DNA of 48,561 nt from positions 1-48,561 of IMG/VR virus record IMGVR_UViG_3300038365_000082. The stretch is one strand, 5' to 3'. A program made the position numbers and the translations under genes. Under the pieces are notes generated by a model. That model did not search any database. It was not told the DNA's origin and worked only from the letters and a program-made list of their open reading frames with translations. Below are positions 34,784 to 44,533 of this stretch, piece by piece; position 1 is the first letter of the stretch, and each line of letters opens with the position of its first letter. Source of the DNA: a virus.

Positions 34784-36031
34784 TTACCACGCGCCCGCCT
34801 CCACAAACACTTTCTTCGCCGTGGTTACTGTCGACCGGGTTGATTTAACCTGTACCTTAACAGCCGTTATACTGGCGGGATTCAAATCGCTTCCCCTGGA
34901 ATACGTCCCACGGATAGTCAGCACATCTCCTGCCACAAATCCCCCTGTCGTATCTATGACGCACTGTCCCCTATTGGCATAGTTCATACTCCCCGACCCA
35001 ATCACGCTCCCCTCCTGGAGTACCTCAAACGAAGCAGACCAATTCGTCATTTCGGACTGCCCGCCGATAGTGATAACTATTCGGGCGTTCGAGTCAACCT
35101 CAGAACTGTATGACGGTGGGACGGTGATTGTTGTAATCTCGGCTGCCGCGGCCTCTGATGCGAGGACAACACTGGTAGTGACGGTTTTCCGGGTCACGGT
35201 GTCTCCCGGCACATCCACGAACTGCGACCGGGCGCCGATGTTCCCGGTGAGGACATCGATTGCCCCAACGTTCGTGAAACTCTTCCCCCCACAATTCTTG
35301 TCCGCGTCCATCACCAGCTGCGACAGTTTCGGCACCGTCGCCGAATCCACATACGCCTTCGTCGCCGCGTCCGTGGTCGCCGACGGCGTCCCGAGTCCCT
35401 GCAGCGTCGCCCCGCCCATGTTCCGGCGGGCGGCATCCGTCGCCGCACTCGGCACCGGCAGCCCCGTTAGCGTCGAGCCCTGCATATCCACCGCGCCGAC
35501 CACCTCCACCTGCGAGGACGGCACATAGACCGGCGCAGCTACCCCGCAGAGCGAGGAATTCCCGCGCTCGTCGGTGATCTTCGCGGACAGGATCGACGTC
35601 GCCCCCGCCTCCACCCGGACCTGCGCGAGCGAGAGTTCCCAGGTCTCCGCGGTCCGGGTCAGGGCCGGTGCAGCGGGGGTCGGGGCAGCGGTCCCGGGCT
35701 TAACAACGATGTCGATCGTCCGTCCGGGAGAGGCGTTCAGCCGCACCACCACCCGATCGATCCGGGGGTAGGTCGCGTGGGCCGCCGGCACCGCCAGCGT
35801 CAGCGCCGCATCGTTCTCGCAGAACCGGCCCTGCACCATCGCGGTCCCGGTCCCGACCAGGACGGTCATCGCCGGCGGGTCCGTCACCGTGACGGCCATC
35901 TCGTCCCCGTCCCCGTGGACGATCCCGTCCCGGATCTGCTTAGCCATCATCCTGCACAGGAGCGCCGCGGAATACACCCGGTCGGGGTTCTGCGGATCGC
36001 TCACGTCGAAAATGCCAGTGTTCAGTGTCAT
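34784..36031 (-). CDS. Tail fibre / baseplate receptor-binding protein, virus B
   Basis: PRIDRVVVRL...WELSLAQVRV N-terminus, DAATKAYVD fibre motif, AT-richer C-terminal domain. Confidence 0.8.
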   Translation of the reverse strand: MTLNTGIFDVSDPQNPDRVYSAALLCRMMAKQIRDGIVHGDGDEMAVTVTDPPAMTVLVGTGTAMVQGRFCENDAALTLAVPAAHATYPRIDRVVVRLNASPGRTIDIVVKPGTAAPTPAAPALTRTAETWELSLAQVRVEAGATSILSAKITDERGNSSLCGVAAPVYVPSSQVEVVGAVDMQGSTLTGLPVPSAATDAARRNMGGATLQGLGTPSATTDAATKAYVDSATVPKLSQLVMDADKNCGGKSFTNVGAIDVLTGNIGARSQFVDVPGDTVTRKTVTTSVVLASEAAAAEITTITVPPSYSSEVDSNARIVITIGGQSEMTNWSASFEVLQEGSVIGSGSMNYANRGQCVIDTTGGFVAGDVLTIRGTYSRGSDLNPASITAVKVQVKSTRSTVTTAKKVFVEAGAW

Positions 36032-37467
36032 CGTCTTGTCTCCGCGTTATCTTGCTTCACGGTCCGGAGCAGGCTGATTAAGTCCGGCCACTCCTTCCCG
36101 AGCCCGAGCACGATCCGCCCGGATGGATACTGTTCGGTCACGGCGACGATCCGGGCCTGCATCGTAGCAACGCCCGGATACTCGGCGCTCACGATATCAC
36201 CCAAATCAAAATCAGTCATATAGCGATACGTCGGGGTCGGGAGATACTCGACCTCCAGGGTCGTCGTCTCCCCGACTTCCGCGAGTTTCTCTTCCCCGCG
36301 GGCGATCAGGGCGTCGGTCGCGTCCAGGTCCCGGGCGTCGATGTAGACCTCGCGCCGACTCCACCCGGTCGCCGCCCCGACCTCGACGATCTCCCGATCC
36401 TGCGCCTCGCCCTGCCCGGCGACGATCGCAAGGGTCGGGGCGTCCGAGAGGCAGGCCCGGTAGCCGGCGATCAGGCAGTTGCCGAGCCGTGGAGAGAGCA
36501 GGATCTCGGCGGACCGGTCTGTCCCCTCGAGCACGTCGAAGAGGATCTCGTCCGTGTCGAACGAGTAGATCACGTCCCACCCGAGACCTGACTGGAGGGC
36601 GATGGATTCCAGGATCTCCGGCAGCGATTGGAACCTGGCCCGGACCTGCACCGTCGCCCCCCTGCCCTGGTCGACGAGCATCAGGTCGAGGCCCGGGATT
36701 GCCCGGTCGGGGTCGGTCGGGGAAACTGCGTTTACCTCGACATAGTGGCGCATGGCCGTCTCCCCGACGACGTCGATCTGCTCGTCGTAGCCGGTGCCGG
36801 CGGAGACCCCGTGCAGGCAGATCCGGTCTTGCAGGATCGCGCCGAGGTCCCGGCCCGCGACCGTCCACGACTCTGATATCTCTCCCTCGTCGGTGAGTTG
36901 CCCCTCGATACTCTCGATGATGCCGACCAGGTGCCGGCCCCGGCGCGGCAGGGAGATGAACCGCCCCTCCCGAAGTTCGTCTGCCCCCGTCGCATACCGA
37001 GAGATCACGGCCTGCCAGGACCCCGGGGAGCGCCACCGGCGCGTCCACTCGATCGCCTCGTAGGCGTCGATCATCGCCCGGAGCACCAGGGTGCCCCCGG
37101 ACCGCTCGTAGACCCGCAACGGCTCCGGCGGGGTGTCCTCAGGTTCGAGCGCCGGCCCGATCCCCATCTGGAAGTATCCAGCCGCCGGGAGTGTGGTGCT
37201 GGTCCCATCCCCCCAGAGCAGCCGGACCTGCACATTGTAGGTGCCCGGGTGCACAGTATCCTCCGGGCCGAACGCACAGAGGAGTTGTCCCGCTGCGGCG
37301 TCCTCGACGGTCATCGGCTGCCGAATTTGCCAGCCGGAGTACCGGGTGTGCGTGGCGTGCAGGGTCGCCGTCACGCCGGCGAGGGGGAGAGGGTCTACCC
37401 CTCGTGTCAGGGTCAGCCGGTAGAGCGGCCACGTCCCGGCCTGCTGGATGCTAATGTCAGTCGGCAT
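36028..37467 (-). CDS. Siphovirus Gp37-like tail protein with N-terminal BppU-like domain
   Basis: W.RRW..PG.W, AGQGE..DR, RREVYIDARD, Y..DFDLGDIV motifs. Confidence 0.85.
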   Translation of the reverse strand: MPTDISIQQAGTWPLYRLTLTRGVDPLPLAGVTATLHATHTRYSGWQIRQPMTVEDAAAGQLLCAFGPEDTVHPGTYNVQVRLLWGDGTSTTLPAAGYFQMGIGPALEPEDTPPEPLRVYERSGGTLVLRAMIDAYEAIEWTRRWRSPGSWQAVISRYATGADELREGRFISLPRRGRHLVGIIESIEGQLTDEGEISESWTVAGRDLGAILQDRICLHGVSAGTGYDEQIDVVGETAMRHYVEVNAVSPTDPDRAIPGLDLMLVDQGRGATVQVRARFQSLPEILESIALQSGLGWDVIYSFDTDEILFDVLEGTDRSAEILLSPRLGNCLIAGYRACLSDAPTLAIVAGQGEAQDREIVEVGAATGWSRREVYIDARDLDATDALIARGEEKLAEVGETTTLEVEYLPTPTYRYMTDFDLGDIVSAEYPGVATMQARIVAVTEQYPSGRIVLGLGKEWPDLISLLRTVKQDNAETRR

Positions 37468-37468
37468 G

Positions 37469-37801
37469 TCAGATCAGCGAGTCCTCGATCGTCAGCGAGT
37501 AGTAGCCGGTCGTCGGTAGGACCAGGACGTCCCCGTTGCCGAACGTCACAATGATCTCGGCCTTGCACCGGTCGCCCTGCAGGTAGTCTCCGACCTCCCG
37601 GCGAAACTGGCAGAGGCCGGCGGTCGCGTCGAGGATCTCCAGAGCCTCGTCGATCACGGTTGCCCGGGTGAGTTTGGACTGGGCAACCAACCGGACCTCG
37701 GCCCCTGTCAGCACGAGTGGTGTTGTGGGGCTGCCCGGGCGGTAGAGGGTGACTCGATAGATAGGCAGGGTCGAGCCCCGTTTGAATCTGATCTCATTCA
37801 T
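37469..37801 (-). CDS. BppU-like baseplate protein
   Basis: Similar to the N-terminal 100 aa of 36028..37467 (P.YR.TL...LP..GY). Confidence 0.7.
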   Translation of the reverse strand: MNEIRFKRGSTLPIYRVTLYRPGSPTTPLVLTGAEVRLVAQSKLTRATVIDEALEILDATAGLCQFRREVGDYLQGDRCKAEIIVTFGNGDVLVLPTTGYYSLTIEDSLI

Positions 37802-38025
37802 ATCGGGTATACCTCCTCAAACTCCACCGCGACGCCCCCCGAAACGTCCGGATAGGCCTCCGCGTAGAGTTGCGCGAACGCAGCCGTCGCGCGGAACGCA
37901 ATCTCCCGCGTCACATCATACTCTGCCCGGTCGAACGCTGCCGACACCCGGGAGGTCCGGAACGCCAACCCCCGCCCCTGTGTCGCCCCCATGCGGCCGA
38001 ACCGGATCGGGAACCGGGAGATCAT
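37798..38025 (-). CDS. Small hypothetical tail protein
   Basis: 75 aa, overlap-coupled. Confidence 0.55.
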   Translation of the reverse strand: MISRFPIRFGRMGATQGRGLAFRTSRVSAAFDRAEYDVTREIAFRATAAFAQLYAEAYPDVSGGVAVEFEEVYPI

Positions 38026-38027
38026 TG

Positions 38028-38237
38028 TTAGCTCCTGCTATAGATCGTCTCGATGCCTCCGCGCTCTTCCCCGGTCTCGGGGTCGGTCTCCGTCAGGATA
38101 TCGGCGATCTTCACCCGCCTAACCTCTTCATCGCCCTGGAGCAGGACGTATTCATCTCCCTGTACGATCAGCCGGTCCGCGTCGACGCCCTCGACGCCCG
38201 CGGCCGTGTGGACCCTCATAATCTGTTTTGCTGTCAT
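38028..38237 (-). CDS. Small hypothetical protein
   Basis: MTAKQIMRVHTAAGVEGVDADRL...; likely start ATG 38237. Confidence 0.55.
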   Translation of the reverse strand: MTAKQIMRVHTAAGVEGVDADRLIVQGDEYVLLQGDEEVRRVKIADILTETDPETGEERGGIETIYSRS

Positions 38238-38294
38238 GATTTCTGCCAGATTCAGACGTTCATGCTGTCCTACCACGCAGACCAGACCTCCGGA

Positions 38295-39785
38295 TCAACA
38301 GACTCCGCGGAAGCCGATGTCGCGGCCCACGCTGGACGGGGCGTTGCTCCCGAGCAGAGAGAACAACCCCGCATTCGCGGCGTTGCCCAACGCCCCGCCC
38401 CGAACCGCGGCACGCTGGCCGGTGTTCTGGTAGTAGTAATTCGAGTCGAACTCCGCCCGTGCACTCCCGATCGTTTTCGGGGCGAATATCTCAGCCCCGA
38501 GCGACCGAGCCCCGTCAGGAGCCGGGTCGTAGAGCGCCTGGACGTTCCCGTTCGTCGTGGGCAGGAGGTGTCCTGCTCCGGGATACTCCGCGTCGATCGT
38601 ATGGTCCGCTGCGGTCCCGATCCGGAGATCGGTCCATTCCCACACGTTACCCTTCAGATCCCAGATCCCTGACTCCTTGCCGTTGAGCGACCAGGAGAGT
38701 GGGCCGGATCCCGTGAGGGTGCGGGAAACCGCGTTGCCATTATACCCGGGGCACACCGGGTCCGGGATCCCCTCGTAGACCCTCTCGCGGGGGTCCCCGT
38801 GGAATTTGCCCCAGTTGGTGTTCCCCTTGCAGTACGGCAGTCCGCACTCAACCTCAAGGATCCGCGCGAGAGCCGCGAGGGAGAACCACTCGTATCCCCC
38901 CGGTAGGAACCGACGCACGATTGTATACGTGTCGCCGGACGTGACCGGCGCCGGGAGCGCCGGATAGAATTCGACCAGTTTTGCAGCGTTCGGGTCGGCG
39001 GTGGTGTCCCCTCCAGTCCGGACGACCCGCCGAACGTAGGTCACGCCGCCCTGAGTGATGTAGACCCTGCGGCCGATCAGGTGGCTAGCATGCTCAACAT
39101 AGAACTGTGTAGTGATGCCGCCGCTGTAGGGAGCGCATGTCCCTGTAGCCTTGTTTGCAGCTCCGCCCCGGTTCTCGACCGCGGTCCGGGCGTTCGACCA
39201 GTTGATGTCGGTCCATGGCACCACGTGCGGCTTGCAGGCGGCCCCGTTTAGCCCGGGGTTGTTCGCACTGACTGATCCGCGCGATGACCCGGTGGCGTCG
39301 AACATGCATGCCTGATACTTGTCAATCCAAAACCCGCCGCAATCCAGGTTGTTCAGGTTCTCCTGCGACCAGTATTTCGACCGGAACAGAGGGATCCAGA
39401 CCTCATGGATCTCTAAGGTATTCCCCGCGCCGTCCGTCTCGAAGACAACGCGATTGCGAAGTTCGGGAATTGACCCCCGGGTTGCATACGTCTTGAGGGT
39501 GTTATGGTCGTATGCCGAAAAGCCCCGGAACGCATACGTTCCGGCGGGCCAGGTTGCGGTCGGCCCTTCGACCTGCGTGATGCCGGTCAGGGTGTTCCCG
39601 GATTTCCCCGTGTAGAGGAACACTCCGGACCCCGGCGTCCCCTCAAGACAGATGAGGTTTGGGGCGGCGGGGAGTTGCGATGCGAGCGTCAGGACAATTG
39701 TCGCCCCTCCGCTAGTGTAGTCAGCCGCGAGAGTCGTATACGGGCTCCCGGGCTGCGCTGGATACAGTCTCGGTAATTCATCCAT
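38295..39785 (-). CDS. Tail adhesin with C-type-lectin (FGE-sulfatase-like) domain, DGR-target type
   Basis: GFWIDKYQA, GIWDLKGNVWEW and terminal RGG.LGNAANAGLF.L...APS.V..DIGFR motifs. Confidence 0.85.
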   Translation of the reverse strand: MDELPRLYPAQPGSPYTTLAADYTSGGATIVLTLASQLPAAPNLICLEGTPGSGVFLYTGKSGNTLTGITQVEGPTATWPAGTYAFRGFSAYDHNTLKTYATRGSIPELRNRVVFETDGAGNTLEIHEVWIPLFRSKYWSQENLNNLDCGGFWIDKYQACMFDATGSSRGSVSANNPGLNGAACKPHVVPWTDINWSNARTAVENRGGAANKATGTCAPYSGGITTQFYVEHASHLIGRRVYITQGGVTYVRRVVRTGGDTTADPNAAKLVEFYPALPAPVTSGDTYTIVRRFLPGGYEWFSLAALARILEVECGLPYCKGNTNWGKFHGDPRERVYEGIPDPVCPGYNGNAVSRTLTGSGPLSWSLNGKESGIWDLKGNVWEWTDLRIGTAADHTIDAEYPGAGHLLPTTNGNVQALYDPAPDGARSLGAEIFAPKTIGSARAEFDSNYYYQNTGQRAAVRGGALGNAANAGLFSLLGSNAPSSVGRDIGFRGVC

Positions 39786-39791
39786 AGTACA

Positions 39792-40148
39792 TCACTCCGG
39801 GACGTAGATCGGTGTGATCACGGCCACCCGATCAGTGGGGAGGTAGAGCAGTGCCCCGGCGATCGGTCCCTCTGCGATCGGAGTGCTGTCCGTCGCGTTG
39901 CAGAAAATCGCCGCCCGTTCTACCGATACCGGGAGCGAGGGCACGTCCGACCCGGTCACCGTGACCTTGAACCGCACCGGGCTCGTCCCCGCGGTCCCGA
40001 TGCGCTCGCACCGAGGATCCGATGTGTCGAGCCGGAGTAGATTGGACCCCGCTCCATCCTGGAGCTCGACATACCAGTGTTCAACCGCCTTTTCGATCAT
40101 GTCCCTATACCCGATCTCCCCGATCGGGACTGATATCGGATCTGCCAT
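39792..40148 (-). CDS. Hypothetical tail protein
   Basis: 118 aa, in the tail operon. Confidence 0.6.
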   Translation of the reverse strand: MADPISVPIGEIGYRDMIEKAVEHWYVELQDGAGSNLLRLDTSDPRCERIGTAGTSPVRFKVTVTGSDVPSLPVSVERAAIFCNATDSTPIAEGPIAGALLYLPTDRVAVITPIYVPE

Positions 40149-40151
40149 TTT

Positions 40152-41030
40152 TCATACTCCTGTGTAGCGGGATGCATACTCGATCGAGACCACGACGCTC
40201 CCGCTCGGCGTCGAAAAGGTCACGATGTTCTCACCAGGCTGCAACTGCCAGAACGTCGAGTCTGGCGACAGGTACTGCATGGCGTTGGTCTGAGTGCCGT
40301 TCGCGGCCTGCAGCCGGCAGAGCAGGTTGCCGTAGGCGGTGTCGATGAGGATCGTCTGTCCCTCCAGGACATCCAGCGTCAGGGCGATCTGCTCCCCCGT
40401 CGAGAGGTTCTCGACCACCGGATTGAGGACAGGCCCGGGGATCTCGATCCGGATCGGGGCGGCGATATCGCCCTCGTTCGTGATGATCATCGTCGATCCC
40501 ATCGCCGCGAACGAGGCCGGGAATGAGGCCGGGAACGCGAGCCCGCCCGTCAGCCCGGCGAGCGGCAGCGTGGTCGCGGCAGCGTCGAACCAGCACGGGT
40601 CCGGCGCCTGCAGGTCCACGACCACCTCCTGCCAGACCCGGCCCTGTGCCTGCCGGCCAGGAATGAACGAGGGCGAGCCGGAGAGGGCCACGCACCGGAG
40701 CGCATACTGCGACCCATCCTCCTGCGTCCAGACTAGGGTGCCGAGCCCGTTTCGCGGGTTGAACGCGGCCGCGATCCGCCGGCGTTTCTGCTCGACCCCT
40801 GCCCGGTCGGGTGCGAGGAGGAGGAACCGGACCATCAGCGTGCGGGGCGAGAGCCGGACGGTCTGCAGAGTCGTGCCGTCCTGGTAGGCTCCCCGCCGGG
40901 TCTGGATCTCGATGTCGGTGCCGCCGAACCCGTCGCTAGAGAGGTAGTGGAACATCGGCTCGGGGGCGGCCTGTGACGGGTCTGCGATCACCAGCGTGTC
41001 GCCGTTCGCGGCGAACCAGGTCAGGTGCAT
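40152..41030 (-). CDS. Distal tail protein (Dit, siphovirus tail family)
   Basis: Follows the tape measure; FNPRNGLGTL, APDP.W, N.GD..AP, F.QL.PG.N motifs. Confidence 0.88.
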   Translation of the reverse strand: MHLTWFAANGDTLVIADPSQAAPEPMFHYLSSDGFGGTDIEIQTRRGAYQDGTTLQTVRLSPRTLMVRFLLLAPDRAGVEQKRRRIAAAFNPRNGLGTLVWTQEDGSQYALRCVALSGSPSFIPGRQAQGRVWQEVVVDLQAPDPCWFDAAATTLPLAGLTGGLAFPASFPASFAAMGSTMIITNEGDIAAPIRIEIPGPVLNPVVENLSTGEQIALTLDVLEGQTILIDTAYGNLLCRLQAANGTQTNAMQYLSPDSTFWQLQPGENIVTFSTPSGSVVVSIEYASRYTGV

Positions 41031-43927
41031 CAGAGCACCACCTGCGTCCCGATGTTCCGGAGGGTGCGTTTCGTCGTGTTCATCATCGTCTCGGCGTCGG
41101 CCTTTGGGGAGTTGACGACCAGGTTCTGGATAGTCACGCCCGGCGCGTACCGGTTCAACCACGCCTGCGCGGATGCGGCGTTTGCGGACTCGACCGTCTT
41201 GTCCCCGACTTTTACCGTCTTCTGCGCGAGTTCGGCGTATTTCAGGATCGCTTCATCCGACCAGATAGTGTCGTTCCCGCGCACCACTGGTCGCCGTTCG
41301 CCGGTCGTCTGCGTGCCGGTGGCGGCGGTCTGATCGGCGCCCTGCTCGCCGGCGGCTGCTCCCCCGGACGCACCGGCAACCGCTGCACCCGACGACGACG
41401 CGACACTAAACGGTGATGTCGAGTAAGTCGGAACCTGGATGTCGCGGACAGGGGGTTTTGGCTCCCCGCCGATCGGGTTGCCATCCTTGTCATACTCAAC
41501 ATGGTAGGTGCGGGCATATGCCGGGTTAGCATCCATGAATTGGACGTACTCGGCGTGCTTCTGCGACTTGTCCGTCAGCGATTCGTTGTTGAGCTGACTC
41601 ATGAAGTTCTCGTGCGCGACCTGTGCGTCCTCCCGCGCCTTGAGCGCGTTCTGAAGTTTTCCGGTTTCGTCGTCGAGCTGCTTCTTGATCTCATCAAGCC
41701 GTGCCTGTGCGCTGGAGACGCTCTCCCCGTTTAGGGCCTTCTCAACCTCGACCTTCTCCGTCTGCTTCGCCGAGGACTCGTCGAGCGCGTCCTGATACCG
41801 ATCCTGTGCGTCGGCAACGTCGAGCACCGCCTCCCGCTCCCGGAGGAGGAGGTTTTCGAGTTCCCGCTTCGCATCGGCGTCGCCGCCCGCCGCCTCTGCC
41901 TGCTTCTGCTTGATCTCTTCCCGGAGGTCGACAAGGTCGCGTTCTGCCCGGATACGCCGGATATCGGCCCGTTCGACGTCGCGATCGGCGTCCTTGATCT
42001 TGTCTTCGATCCCAAGCGCCTTGTCGATCGTCTCCTTGAGTGCGTCGTACTCTTTCTGCAGGTTCGTGACCGTCCGCTGATGACCTGCGACGGCCTTGCT
42101 GGCCTGTTCGTAGGCAGTCTTCGCCCCATCCGCGAGCCGGCGGGTCTGGAGTTCGGTATCCCGGATTGCCTGCGCCGCCCGGTTCTCGGCGAGTTTCAGG
42201 TCGAGCGCGGAGAGCGCCGCGTCCTTCTCCGCCTGCGTCAGGTTGCCGATCGCAACGGTGCCGTCCTCAATCGCTTCGGTCGTGTCTTCAAACTCGCGGG
42301 TGAGGTCGCCGGTCGCGAGTTTGTGCCAGCCAGTCGCTTCGGTTGCCCGCCGGGTCGCGAGCGTACCCCGGTCGGTAACGACCGTCTGCGCCTTGATCCG
42401 ATCGATGTCGGCGAGGATCTGCTGCTCTTTCTTCTTGAGCACGTCGATCTCGTCCTCGATCGTCTCGGTGCTCTTCTTGGTGAGGTCGGCGGTTTCCCGG
42501 AGTGCTTCGTTGTACTCGTTCTGTGCCGTCGTCGCGTCGTTCGTGGACGCGATCAGCGGCAGGAGCACGGCGCCGAGGGTCGTCACCCCGATGATCGCCA
42601 GCCCGAGCGGGTTCGCCATGATCGCGGCGGTGAATCCCTTCGTAGCGACCGTAGCAGCGAAGGCGCTCGCCTGGTAAGTGCGGTAGAGGGAGATCGTCGA
42701 TCCTAAGGAGCCGGCGAGGGTGCCGACCGCCCAGATCGCCGGCCCGGTCGCGGCGGCGAAAAGTCCAGTGGTGACGATCACTCGCTGCGTCCCCTCGTCG
42801 AGGTTCGAGAGCCAGTTGGCAAGGCTTGTCGCGCCCTCGATCGCGGGCATCAGCGCGTCGGCGATCAGGTCGCCGAACGTGATGTTGAGGGTCTCAACGG
42901 CGCCCTCCAGTTCACGGAGCGAGCCGCCGACACCGCCCTCCATCGTCTCGGCCATCTGCTGCGCCGCCCCATCACAGTCTTCGAGGGTGGCGGCGTAGTC
43001 GTCGAGAGCTCCAGAGCCGGCGGAGAGGAGGGCGATCATTCCCGGGCCGGCCCGGTCGCCGAAGATCGTCATGGTGTCGGCGGTGGAGAGGTTCGCGGCG
43101 CCGAGGGTATCGATGATCTCAGCGAGGCTGTGTACCTGCGGGTCGACGTCGGCGGCAGTCAGGCCATACTGTGCCAGAGTCGCCGTGACCTGGGCGGTGG
43201 GGCTCATCAGGGAGGTCAGGGCACCACGGAGTGCCGTGCCTGCCATCGAGCCCTCGATGCCCGCGTTCGACATCAGCCCGATCGCGGCGGAGGTTTCCTC
43301 GATGCTGAGACCTGCAGCGCTCGCAACCGGGCCGACATACGACATGGCAGTCCCGAGTCCCTCGACCGAGGTGTTCGACGAGGACGCTGCCTGTGCGAGG
43401 ACGTCGGAGACGTGGGCGAGGTCCGATATCTCCAGGTTGAAACCGGCGAGAACGTTTGTGCTGATGTTCGCCGCGGTCCCGAGATCCAGTGCACCGGCAG
43501 ATGCAAGAGAGAGCATCTGCGGGGTTGCCGCAAGGATCTCGTTCGTATCGAGGCCAGCCTGCCCGAGATACTGCATTGCGGTGGCGACCTCAGACGCAGA
43601 CCATGCGGTGCTCGCGCCGAGGTCGATCGCCTGCTGCCGGAGCCGGTCAAACTGATCCCCGGTCGCCCCGGTGACTGCCGCGACCTGCCGCATCGAGTCG
43701 TCGAAGTCCGTCGCGGTCTTGAGCATCAGCCCCCCCGCGAGCACGAGCGGAGCGGTCACCTTCAGCGAGAGGTCGGAGCCGACGCTCGTCAGGGATTTGC
43801 CGATGCTCTTGAGGTCACCCTCAAACCCTTCGGTCTGCTTCTTCGCTTCCTCGTAGGCCCGCGTCAACCCGGCGATATCACCTACGATCTCGACGACGAG
43901 TTTTCCCGCGACGATCTCACCGGCCAT
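41030..43927 (-). CDS. Tape measure protein, TP901 family
   Basis: FDDSMRQV.AV, A.DLG.ST..SA.EVA.AM.YL..AG, GI.GS.AGTALR, MEGG.GGS motifs. Confidence 0.95.
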   Translation of the reverse strand: MAGEIVAGKLVVEIVGDIAGLTRAYEEAKKQTEGFEGDLKSIGKSLTSVGSDLSLKVTAPLVLAGGLMLKTATDFDDSMRQVAAVTGATGDQFDRLRQQAIDLGASTAWSASEVATAMQYLGQAGLDTNEILAATPQMLSLASAGALDLGTAANISTNVLAGFNLEISDLAHVSDVLAQAASSSNTSVEGLGTAMSYVGPVASAAGLSIEETSAAIGLMSNAGIEGSMAGTALRGALTSLMSPTAQVTATLAQYGLTAADVDPQVHSLAEIIDTLGAANLSTADTMTIFGDRAGPGMIALLSAGSGALDDYAATLEDCDGAAQQMAETMEGGVGGSLRELEGAVETLNITFGDLIADALMPAIEGATSLANWLSNLDEGTQRVIVTTGLFAAATGPAIWAVGTLAGSLGSTISLYRTYQASAFAATVATKGFTAAIMANPLGLAIIGVTTLGAVLLPLIASTNDATTAQNEYNEALRETADLTKKSTETIEDEIDVLKKKEQQILADIDRIKAQTVVTDRGTLATRRATEATGWHKLATGDLTREFEDTTEAIEDGTVAIGNLTQAEKDAALSALDLKLAENRAAQAIRDTELQTRRLADGAKTAYEQASKAVAGHQRTVTNLQKEYDALKETIDKALGIEDKIKDADRDVERADIRRIRAERDLVDLREEIKQKQAEAAGGDADAKRELENLLLREREAVLDVADAQDRYQDALDESSAKQTEKVEVEKALNGESVSSAQARLDEIKKQLDDETGKLQNALKAREDAQVAHENFMSQLNNESLTDKSQKHAEYVQFMDANPAYARTYHVEYDKDGNPIGGEPKPPVRDIQVPTYSTSPFSVASSSGAAVAGASGGAAAGEQGADQTAATGTQTTGERRPVVRGNDTIWSDEAILKYAELAQKTVKVGDKTVESANAASAQAWLNRYAPGVTIQNLVVNSPKADAETMMNTTKRTLRNIGTQVVL

Positions 43928-44165
43928 CTATCTCCCTCCTGATCCTGGACCCATACCGCTGCTCGATCCGCTCGACATCCGGGCCGTCCTCCCCCTCTTC
44001 CAGAGGCGGGCTCGTATGAGTCTCGGGCACCACAGCCCCTGTCAACTCCCTCGCGTATGCATCGAACATGATCACCTGCGCCCACGATAGGCGATCGAGG
44101 CAGTATTCCGGAGTCCACCCATACGTCCGGCACAGGTGGGCGACGATCCGACCTGCCTCGATCAC
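43917..44165 (-). CDS. Tail assembly chaperone T-segment
   Basis: VIEAGRIVAHLCRTYGWTPEYCLDRLSWAQ...; in the -1 frame of the upstream chaperone. Confidence 0.75.
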   Translation of the reverse strand: MIEAGRIVAHLCRTYGWTPEYCLDRLSWAQVIMFDAYARELTGAVVPETHTSPPLEEGEDGPDVERIEQRYGSRIRREIDGR

Positions 44166-44533
44166 CGGTTTTTTCCGTCTCCCTCCGTGCCGTCGCCCTT
44201 GTCCCCGCCGCCCCATCGCCGGAACGCCTGCGCGATAACGACCTGTGTCAGCCCTGCGAGCTGCGGCCGGGTGAGGTTGGCCATCAGCCACTCGTAGGTA
44301 ATCTTGGGGTTGGATATGTGGCAGATATCTGCGATCGCCATGACCATCTCGCCGTCAGGGATTTTGTCAAACCCGCCGTGTTCCTGCGTCGCCTGTGTCA
44401 GGGTCAGCGTCGCCCGGGCTGGCACGACGGTGAGATCGATCTCCTCGATCTCGTCGCCGTTCCCGATCCTGACGATCACCGGCTTTGGCGAGAGGGTGGA
44501 GAGGTCGATGATCTCAACCATGTCACACCTCAC
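44162..44533 (-). CDS. Tail assembly chaperone (gpG-like)
   Basis: Synteny; slippery A AAA AAC just before the stop. Confidence 0.78.
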   Translation of the reverse strand: MRCDMVEIIDLSTLSPKPVIVRIGNGDEIEEIDLTVVPARATLTLTQATQEHGGFDKIPDGEMVMAIADICHISNPKITYEWLMANLTRPQLAGLTQVVIAQAFRRWGGGDKGDGTEGDGKNR

